A program made the translations under genes and the position numbers. The notes beneath the pieces were generated by a model. That model was not told where the DNA came from and made no database searches. It saw only the letters and a program-made list of their open reading frames with translations. Shown here piece after piece: positions 13,801 to 23,127 of a DNA stretch of 64,000 bases (its first letter is position 1; each line of letters starts with the position of its first letter). Origin of the DNA: Patescibacteria group bacterium (GTDB lineage Bacteria; Patescibacteriota; Gracilibacteria; BD1-5; UBA2023). The stretch is from NCBI GenBank assembly GCA_049293675.1, contig JBAQBR010000001.1, positions 38,273-102,272 of the forward strand, given 5' to 3'.

Positions 13801-16011
13801 ATAGAGTTTTCACCCTGTTTCATACAACTGTGAGTTATTGATGAGTCATCCACTATCAAATTTTGCGATATAATCTGGGGTACCGCTACTTTTGACTACA
13901 TTGTTGAGGTCTGTCCAATCATATACACAACCAGAGGCAGTCATACCAAGACAGAAACCACTTCCAGCGCGGATAATACTTCCAGAACCCTGCACATCAA
14001 ACATATATGTAGGCGATGTTGTTCATAGACTAATCTTCCCATTCCTTCCGTATATCCAGTTTCCGATATTGAGTTGGTTAGAACCAGTAGATGATGGGAG
14101 ATTCACATCATATCCTATGGCGATATTATTATCTCCTGAAGTAAGTAGGTTTGCTGCATTGATTCATATTACAGTATTATATGAACCTGTAGCGATATTA
14201 GCCAATACTTCATTACCTATAGATACATTAGACCCTCCTGTAGTATTATCTTCAAGAGAATGAACACCCATTGCGACATTGTTACTTCAGGTAGTATTGG
14301 CCCTCAATGCTTGCTGTCCAATTGCAGTATTAGATCCTCCTGTAGTATTATAATAGAGTGCCCAGTTACCTTGTGCAGTATTGCTATTACCAGAGATATT
14401 GGAATAGAGCACAGCAGACCCAACCGCAGTATTGTAGTTTCACGTTATATTTGATCATAGAGACTGAGTACCTATAGCAGTATTGGCCCATGCGGTAGTA
14501 TTTGCTTCGAGAGCACCATTACCGACAGCAACGTTCTCACTTCCTGTTATGTTACTATTAAGAGCCGTACCTCCAATAGCAGTATTGTACTGTCATGAAG
14601 TATTATACTGGAGTGCACGCTCACCAACAGCCGTATTGAGTTCTCAGTCTATATTTTGATTGAGTGCGTTCTGTCCAACAGCAGTATTACGACTCCCTAT
14701 AGTATTGGATGACAGTGTTGCGGAACCAATAGCCGAATTCCAAAATCAAGTTGTATTTGCAGCGAGAGCATATTGACCGATAGCAGTATTGTACTGTCAT
14801 GAAGTATTATTGGTAAATGCATTCCATCATAATACTGTATTCTCTTCAAAATTTCCACTTCCTCTTCAGATAGATAGATTATTGACAAGTATATCTCCGG
14901 CGGTATCGAGGATTCTCGTTGGATTGGTCTTACCAAACCCAACCTGAGTACCGTTGTCATATATTGTTCCTGTTCCAAGTGTTGTATTAGTAAGCCAACG
15001 AGCAATATAATTCGTCTGTCCACCATTGATCCCAGCTATAGTGGGAAGTTGCCAACTTGCGAGACCAGTTGCATCAGATGTGAGAACCATACCAGTTCAT
15101 GGTGAACCACCAGTGATCTTGAGTTGACCTGCTACTTCAAGTTTTGCTCATGGCGTAACAGTTCCAATACCAACATTGGCTCCAGTATGGAATATATTAT
15201 TCGTACGAACCCAATCACTACCATTATAGTGAAGGGTATCTCAGAGGGTAGAACCAGATATAGAAAAAGATGTAGCAGGCACAATATCCGTCCAACTTGC
15301 GAGACCTGTAGCATCAGAGACCAGAAATCTGCCAGAACCAATTCAGCCTCCAGTGATTTTTATCTGTCCTCATACTTCAAGTCTTGCTCATGGGGTAGCG
15401 GTTCCGATACCAACATTACCAGCAGTATCGATACGCATGCGCTCTATATTGTTAGTTATGATAGGGAGAACATGGTTCGATATCGTACCAAGATTTTGAA
15501 CAGCACTGAAAGTGTTTCATCCAACGGCCCAAAAAGATCCCGAAAGAGATGGGAGTGGATCATACCAACTCGCAATACCAGTTGCATCAGACATGAGAAG
15601 TTTTCCTATACCAGGTGATCCTCATTGTATACGAATCTGTCAATTGACATCGAATGTCGCTGTAGGAGTCTGAGTTCCTATACCAATATTGGTTCAATTA
15701 TTGTATATGAGGTTATTACGTATCCAATTAGTACCATCAAAACGGATAGTATCACCAGATGTTTCCCCAACAAAAAATAATCAAGATGCAACTGGAGTCT
15801 GACATATCGGCACTCCTGTAGCAGTAAATCCTCATACTACCTGTCCAAGTGTATTACACTGTGTGGTAGTATACATATTATCAAAATATGTCTGAAACGC
15901 TCCTCCTGGAGTCTCAAATGCTGGTGTATCCAGAGGATATTGTACAGCAAACGCTTGACTCGTGATACCAAGTATACTGGCAATAGAGAGGATAAGGTTA
16001 CGACGAAACAT
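10846..16011 (-). CDS. Giant secreted tail-fibre-like / YadA-head-repeat adhesin (1,721 aa)
   Basis: All 1,722 codons were checked: no TAA/TAG, and about 60 in-frame TGA by manual count. Signal peptide MFRRNLILSIASILGITSQAFA. Three tandem ~80-aa modules N-x-GIGT-x-TP-x-A-x-LEV-x-GQI-x-I-x-GG-x-PG-x-G-x-L-x-SDATG-x-ASW lie at ~15060-15700, with later copies at ~13200-13260 and ~11300-11340. Two blocks of NTA(I/V)G..AL..NT(T/S)G repeats (~14100-14870, ~12540-12960) resemble YadA-head/Hep_Hag repeats. Beta-rich C-terminal ~110 aa. Ends TAG. Confidence 0.85.
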
Positions 16012-16034
16012 AGGATAAAAAAGTTAGGGGGATT

Positions 16035-17393
16035 TTATTGAAGGGTGTTGATAAGTCCTGGTGGTGGATTACCAAGAACAGCGTCATCATACTCAATAAT
16101 CATAGAAGCATCGTCAAGTCGTGGATCACTATACGGAACTGCCTTCTGGGTAGGATCAAGTGGATCATACGTACGGAAGTAGTTGAGATCGTAGAATTCA
16201 GCTGTTGCAAGTGTACATGTCTCTGTTGTCACCGGGCAGACTATTGGTGTCTGACGTGCACCACTGATGGTATTCTTTGAGATAAGGAGTCCTTTTATAT
16301 AGAGCTGTTTCTGTGGTATGTTGAACGCTCCTATTGAGAGATATCTATCGATAGTGGTAGGATTTGGTTTTTCTCATGAAAAGAGAGAACCTTCTGCATA
16401 GAGCAGAGAATATATCTCTTTAACCTTGTCTGATATAATAATATTTCAACCACTTCCATTCGCATCCTTGAGAGCAATAAGGGCACGAACTTCTCCATCA
16501 TCTGTTCAGATAGTATTGACCGTATCGAGGACAATATCGTGTCATACAACCACGATAGAGCGCTTCCCTACTGGCCATGTAGCACCAAAATCAAATATGT
16601 AATCTTCATTCTTCTCTACAAGAAAGTCAAAGGTTGAGGCTGGATTCTCCAGAACAGCATCACTAATATTGCGTGTAAGGAGTGCTATATTTTGTCGGAT
16701 TGTATTCATGATGGTTGCATGTTTTGCGAGGCTGAAGACGTATCCTATATTTTGATTCGGGAGATCAAATATCCTGGTTCCAGCGATATTACCGATAACT
16801 GCAATCTTCCCAACAAAATGAACTGCGACACCATCCATAGAGATACCACTCGAAGTCATAGGGTCAATTCAGAGGATCTGATTATCCGTCTTCGCATAAA
16901 ATGGAATCCATCAGAGTCACTTATTCCATCCCCATCACTCTATCAGTGCAGTTGATGGATTAAAATATACTCATGTATTTGATGAATCAATGAGGGAACC
17001 ACTCAATACAATCCATCCAGCATTCTTGCTCCAGGCATAGCCATGCACAGGACAGATCTGATATGGATTCTGGAGGATATCAGGAGGACAGACTATATGC
17101 GCATTACACAGAGGTACTCCAAGTCCATCTTCACACTGACCAAAAGTAGACCATCATACATTGCCAAGCCAGAAAAATCCAGTAAGGTAACCGTACTGAT
17201 CTCGTGTTGCCGTATACCCAGAGCCTGCTGGCTCTATGTCGAACAAAACAACTCCAGGATGCCCTCCTGTCCAAGTATTCACAGGACTAAAAGAGCCTCG
17301 CATGCGAGAAATATTGTTACTCGAAAAAACCGCTACCATAGAGGCAACGATAATTGTTGTCACAGAAATCAATAGAAGAATTTTACGTTTCAT
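16035..17393 (-). CDS. Secreted or membrane-anchored W/G-motif protein (452 aa, hypothetical)
   Basis: Track fragments 16035..16232, 16542..16859 and 17154..17393 share a frame, and the gaps were checked free of TAA/TAG. N-terminus MKRKILLLISVTTIIVASMVAVFSS. Motifs GYAWSKNAGWIVL and EGWGWNKGLGWIPF. The TAA stop lies 23 nt upstream of the adhesin start, so co-transcription is likely. Confidence 0.75.
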
Positions 17394-17501
17394 GGAAAAT
17401 GACTATACTCAGCGCTCAGTATAGGAAGAATCTGGAAAATTGCACAGAAAAAAGTCTTTCCGAAAACAAAAATTCTATTCTTGTATAATTATTGTATCCA
17501 T

Positions 17502-18272
17502 ATGTACATATTTGATATCTCACTTTTCGGCATCCACATTGCCCCGACATGGTACTGACTCATGTATGCGATTGGATTTTCTTTTTGTTACTTTTTTGTA
17601 GGTAAATACGGTAAAGTACAGAAAAAACACATGGACACACTCCTTCTCTTTGTATTTTTTTGAGTTATTGGTGGTGGGAGAATCGGTTATGTACTCTTCT
17701 ACAATCCAGCATACTTCATGGGTAACCCCGAAGAAATACTTGCGCTCTGGAATGGTGGAATGAGCTTCCATGGAGGATTCTTGTGAGTACTCATCGCTGT
17801 ATGGATATTCGGTTGGAAATATAGATATAGATTTTTTGAGATTACTGATATATTGGCAGTCTGCCTTCCTGTTGCTCTCGGACTTGGACGTATAGGCAAC
17901 TGGATCAATGGGGAACTCCCATGATATGCTGGATATACCTGAACTCTGGCGATGACTATCGGAGATGTTTCCTACTTCCCAAGCCCTCTCCTTCAGGCTT
18001 TCTTAGAGGGGATCATCCTTACAATCATCATGATGATATTCTGGAAAATATGATTCTCTCGGAGAGTATGATTTTTATCTGGGATTTTCCTTCTCTGATA
18101 TGCTTCAGTGAGACTCATCGCGGAGCAGTTCCGTCTTCCTGATGAACATATTGGATATCTTTTTGGAACATCATGGATGACTCTTGGCATACTCTATACA
18201 CTCCCAATGCTCCTTGCTGGATGGATTATCCTCACACACTCATTTAAAAATAAAAAAGAAACTAACGAATAG
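17502..18272 (+). CDS. lgt: Prolipoprotein diacylglyceryl transferase
   Basis: Absent from the track because of many TGA. Translation [26 protein letters not shown]… includes [27 protein letters not shown] and [11 protein letters not shown]. Polytopic. Ends TAG 18270-18272. Confidence 0.85.
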
Positions 18273-18282
18273 TTTCTTTTTT
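18254..18282. terminator. Bidirectional terminator overlapping two convergent stop codons
   Basis: Stem AAAAGAAACT (18254-18263) / AGTTTCTTTT (18271-18280), loop AACGAAT. The lgt stop 18270-18272 and the opposite-strand stop 18262-18264 both lie inside the hairpin. Confidence 0.6.
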
Positions 18283-18768
18283 GCTTCCAGGAAGGATGAG
18301 TCCAATTCCTGTAAGATTCTTTATCATGATAAATTGATTCCATCGTGCGATCGCCTGATTCACACTTGCGAAGTTCCCCTTCATATCACGCTCATACTGC
18401 ATGACAAAGTCACGAATATAGAGAAAATATTTATCCTTTTGGATGAGTGGTATCTGCATAGAGAGCTTCATAAGAAAAGAGAACTCATGTTCTATACGAG
18501 AGTTGTGTTCGAGGAGATCATAGAGTGCATCATATCTGTGTACCATTGCTTCAGAGTGCAGTCGAGTAATACTATCAAACGCGCTTGCATCCATCACATG
18601 TGGACGCATGACTTCGATAAGGGCTGGTATCTTTGAGGTTTTGAGAAGAAAAAGCCGAACAATAGCCCCTTCTTCGCGTTGGACAACTTTTCGAAAAAAG
18701 AAGTACAATCCTCCATAGAGTACCAACAGGAGTAAGACTATGATAGAGATAATAGTAGGATAATTCAT
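18262..18768 (-). CDS. LemA-like single-pass membrane protein
   Basis: Intact 168-aa ORF with no TGA. N-terminal TM IISIIVLLLLVLYGGLYFFF. Helical body and a C-terminal segment ARWNQFIMIKNLTGIGLILPG that resembles the LemA family. The resemblance is only moderate. Confidence 0.5.
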   Translation of the reverse strand: MNYPTIISIIVLLLLVLYGGLYFFFRKVVQREEGAIVRLFLLKTSKIPALIEVMRPHVMDASAFDSITRLHSEAMVHRYDALYDLLEHNSRIEHEFSFLMKLSMQIPLIQKDKYFLYIRDFVMQYERDMKGNFASVNQAIARWNQFIMIKNLTGIGLILPGSKKETIR

Positions 18769-18809
18769 GGAGTGATGATATTCGCGATGGATTCTTTTGC
18801 AAATTTTTT

Positions 18810-20261
18810 ATGCTTTTCTATAATAACAAAGTGAAAAAAGCAGAAATCACTCGCATATTCCTCTCCCCTATCGTAGAACTCTCGATGATAGCTGGAGTTT
18901 TTTTCTTGGCATACACACTCCGTGGGATTACCGATGGTATCCCTTTTGTACAACTTCGCATCCCCTACATATCATACGAGCAATTCCTCCCATTCATCAT
19001 CTCTGGAGTATTGTTTTGGTGAATTATATTTTCCAGTACAGGACTCTATAGACTCAGAGACGATACTCCGATATATGAGGAGATGCGTATGGTCATGCGT
19101 TCCAGTTTTATATGGTTTATTGCGTATATTAGTTTCGTATACCTCTCGATTGGATTCCTCTTTGAGAAAGAACTCCCTCGTCTTATCATATTTTATACAT
19201 ATATATTTTCGACACTTTTTTCTATATTGCTCAGGGTTTTACGGTATACTATATACAGTATACTATACAAAAAATGAATCATAGAAAAAAACCTCATAAT
19301 CGTCATATATGCAAAAGAAGAGGAACGATACGAGCTCGAATCAAACAGTACCGCAAGATATAGATACATCCCTACGAGCGACAAGGAAACAATAGCGTCA
19401 CTTATACGCGAGAGAGGCATAGATGGCATCATCTCACTCGCAGAGAATACTACTACCAAGGCCATACGAGAAGTCATCTCACTTGCCCGTATCTATGGTA
19501 TTCCCTTTGTCTACCCGAAACTCCTGCCTGGCGTGGAGCACTTACGACAACGTGAGACATTCTTCTGAGATATGCCAGTTATCGAACTAAGTTCGGTCTC
19601 TATAAGTGCCTGGGAGCGTATCATGAAGCGTATATTTGATATAGTTATCTCAGGTATCGGACTTGTAATCCTCTCTCCATTCTTCGTGCTTATTGGAATA
19701 GGCATCAAGATTGAGGATTCAAGTGGTCCAGTATTTTTTGCCAATCGTCGTATCGGTCAGGATGGTCGAGTATTTTCACTCTACAAGTTCCGATATATGT
19801 ACTGGAAGTATTCAGTCAAGGATGCCTATGGAATCGATGAGAAAAAAGACTCCGCCCTCAAATACGAAGAAAAACTCAAAGCACATAGTGATACGCGCGA
19901 CGGTCCACTCTACAAGATAGCCAATGATCCCCGTAAGATGCGATTCGGGCATATTATAGAACGTCTCTCTATCGACGAGCTTCCTCAACTGTGGAACGTA
20001 CTCATCGGGGATATGTCTCTCATCGGACCACGTCCACACCAACCACGTGAGGTCGAACTCTATGACGAAGAAGATACACAAGTCCTCACAGTGAAGCCAT
20101 GAATCACTGGTATGGCACAGGTATATGGTAGAGAAAAAAATACCTTCAAAGACGAGATTATGCTCGACAGACACTATATAGAGAATTATTCATTCTGGCT
20201 TGATGTAGCAATATTCATGCGTACATTCGCGGTTGTACTCACACGCATCTGGAAAAAATAA
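18810..20261 (+). CDS. Polyprenyl-phosphate sugar phosphotransferase (WbaP/bacterial sugar transferase family)
   Basis: Fragments 18810..19022, 19083..19277 and 19572..20102 are colinear and the gaps were checked. N-terminal TM block. C-terminal catalytic domain KRIFDIVISGIGLVILSPFF…GPVFF…GQDGRVFSLYKFR…DELPQLWNVLIGDMSLIGPRP. Ends TAA 20259-20261. Confidence 0.85.
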
Positions 20262-20375
20262 TTTGCAAAAGAAACGAGAACCCATATACTCAGGAACATG
20301 AATCTACACATAATTGCATCTGTGGTGGTGAAGGCATAATCTCGAGAAGAGACGCTTTCACCATGACAGAGCATC

Positions 20376-20403
20376 TCCTCTCGAATTATCGGGAGGATTT
20401 TTT
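20376..20403 (+). terminator. Intrinsic terminator / attenuator 35 nt upstream of valS
   Basis: Stem TCCTCTC (20376-20382) / GGGAGGA (20391-20397, one G-U pair), 8-nt loop, then T6 (20398-20403). A competing helix joins 20342-20352 to 20374-20384 (see findings). Confidence 0.5.
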
Positions 20404-20438
20404 GTGAGATGACTTTATTTTTTATCTATTTTCGTGGT

Positions 20439-23099
20439 ATGAGTGATTTTCCAAAACAATACGATCCAAAAATCTCAGAAAAGCAGGTTCAATCTCTCTG
20501 GGAAGAAAAAAACTGCAGTGCACCACAGGAGTCCACAAGTGGGAAAACCTTCTATATACCTATTCCCCCTCCGAACGTAACAGGCAATCTCCATATTGGA
20601 CATGCACTCACACTCACACTCGAAGATATCATGACTCGTTATCATCGTATGCGCGGTGATTCAACTATCTGGATTCCTGGAACAGACCATGCTGGTATCG
20701 CAACACAGGCCAAGGTAGAGGAACGCGTTATCAAGTCTGGATCATCACGTCATGCACTCGGGAGAGAAAAATTCCTCGGTGAATGTTGGAAATGGATCGA
20801 CGAATACGGTGGAAACATCCAGAATCAGATGAAGAAGATGGGGGCATCCGTGAGTTGGGAACATGAGCGATTCACTCTCGATGACAAGTCCAATAATCTC
20901 GTAGAGAACATATTCGTCGACCTCTATAATAAGTGACTTATATACCGTGGTGAGTATATGGTGAACTACTCCCCTGCCCTCGAATCAGTGATATCCGATA
21001 TCGAGGTAGAACATGTAGAAGTAGAGGAAAAGATGTACTACATCAACTACTTCGTAGCAGGAAGTGACAATGAGCTCCTTGTTGCAACAACACGTCCAGA
21101 GACACTTCTCGGAGACCAAGCAGTTATGGTGCATCCGAAAGATAAGCGATACAAGAAGCTCATCGGTCGTACTGTCATCCTCCCGATAGTCAACAAGGAG
21201 ATACCCATCATCGCCGATGACTCTGTCGATATGGAGTTCGGTACAGGTGTGGTGAAGGTAACTCCTGCACACGACCCAACAGACTTTGAAGTTGCAAAAC
21301 GTCATGGACTCAGAACTGACTATCGTGTAATCGAGAAGAATGGTGTCATGACCCCTGAAGCAGGCATATTTGCTGGGCAAGATAGTACCACTGAAGCACG
21401 CAGTAATATCGTCGAACTCCTCAAGAGCAAAGGCAATCTCGTAAAGATAGAACCATATACACACAAGGTAGGATTCTGTTCTCGTGGGAATTGTCGTATC
21501 GAATCTGTAGTATCAACACAGTGGTTCGTCAGAGCGAGCAAGATGGCAGAGAAGGTTATCGTTGGTTACAGGAAAAAGGAATTTGAGATACTTCCAGAGA
21601 GATTTAATAAGACATTTGAGGATTGGATTTTTAACCTCCGTGACTGGTGTATCTCTCGCCAACTCTGGTGGGGTCATCAGATACCAGCATACTATGATAT
21701 CGCGACTGGTGAACTCCTCGGTGTCACGAGGAATCCTGAAGATATCTATGCAAAATATGGCAAAGAAAATGTAAGACGTGATGACGATGTGCTTGATACT
21801 TGGTTCTCAAGTGCACTCTGGCCATTCTCTATCCTTGATTGGAATATCGACAATCCTGGAGAGTTTTTTAAGAAGTACTATCCTGCCAATGTCCTCGAAA
21901 CAGGATATGATATTCTGTTTTTCTGGGTAATTCGTATGTTCCTCATGGGATACGAATACACTGGACAGACTCCATTCAAGACTATCTACCTGCATGGACT
22001 CATATTCGACTCGACAGGACGTAAGATGAGTAAAAGTTGGGGCAATGTCGTCGATCCACTCACGGTCATCGACGAGTATTCGACAGATGCTCTGCGTATG
22101 GCTTGTGTCATCGGAAATACTCCAGGCAACAACCTCAACTTCTCGATGGATACAGTGAAAGAATATTCACTTTTTCTCAACAAGTTCTGGAATATAGCTA
22201 GGTTCATCTGGATGAATATCGGAAGTATCACAGAAGAGAGAGAGGCTATTGTATTGCGTATCAAGAAGTGAGAAAAAGATCTCCTCCCATATGAGAAATG
22301 GATACTTTCTCGCCTCTCATATACAATTGAGAACGTCACAGAAGGTATGGAAAACTACGGATTCTCCGCTATCGGTGCTGAACTCACAAGCTTTATCCGT
22401 GATGAGTTCGCAGACTTCGCTATCGAGGCATACAAGGTAGAAAAAGATCGAAGTACTCTTGGACGTGATGTCATGAGCCTCTGTATCCTCGACATCCTCT
22501 CATTATTCCATCCATACGCACCACATATCACAGAGGCGCTCTACCAAGAGATCACAGAACAGAAGTCTCCACTGATGACGGCTCCATGGCCAACTCCAGC
22601 ACTTCCACGTAACAAGGAAGCAGAGACAGATATGAATCGTATATTCGATATTGTACGCACTATCCGCAATCTCAGGGCTGAGAGTGGTATCAAGCCAGGA
22701 GATCTCCGCGACGTCGCCATCGTATGTCCTGATGCTTACAAGCAGAACATCGAAGCCAATACCTACTTCCTCACTGGTCTCACCAAGATTGCAACACTCA
22801 CCCTCGGCAAAAAACCTGCCAAGCAAAGTGAATATGCATACGGAGTTATTGGTGGAATCGAGATATATATCGATGCACATATCGATGCAGAGAAAGCTCT
22901 CGAAGAACAAGTCCGCCTCAGAGAACAGATGGAGAATAAAAAAGACTACATACGAGTTCTGAAAGCGAAGATGAGTAACTCCCAGTTCGTCAAGAATGCC
23001 CCAGAAAAAGTCGTCCGTGCCGAGATGGAAAAACTCCATACAACGGAGAATGAACTCGCCAAACTCGAAGAAAAATATAAGAGTCTTGGTGGAGAATAA
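20439..23099 (+). CDS. valS: Valine--tRNA ligase
   Basis: Fragments 20409..20936, 20958..22271 and 22347..23099 are colinear, with only two TGA (20934-20936 in LYNK-G-LIYRG, and 22269-22271). Motifs PPPNVTGNLHIGHAL and KMSKS. C-terminal coiled coil. Start set at ATG 20439 (MSDFPKQYDP). Confidence 0.95.
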
Positions 23100-23100
23100 T

Positions 23101-23127
23101 AAAAATCCCTCTTTCGAGGGATTTTTA
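23101..23127. terminator. Bidirectional rho-independent terminator
   Basis: Stem AATCCCTC (23104-23111) / GAGGGATT (23116-23123), loop TTTC, with A5 before and T-run after. The opposite-strand stop is at 23128-23130. Confidence 0.65.

Noticed and set aside
12161-15618. Long plus-strand ORFs in the track (12161..12724, 12214..12714, 13892..14263, 15124..15618).
   Set aside because: They are antisense shadows of the repeat-rich adhesin gene. They are low-complexity, have no recognisable motifs, and overlap a fully open 1,721-codon frame on the other strand.
20262-20438. Calling the valS leader a bona fide T-box riboswitch.
   Set aside because: Only the terminator/antiterminator geometry is visible. 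I could not identify Stem I, a GUN specifier loop or the canonical T-box 14-mer, and the leader is short. It is reported only as an attenuator candidate.
20409-20438. Upstream start for valS at 20409 (MTLFFIYFRG…).
   Set aside because: The extra 10 residues are hydrophobic, unlike ValRS N-termini, and they begin inside the terminator T-run. ATG 20439 gives the conserved MSDFPKQYDP start.
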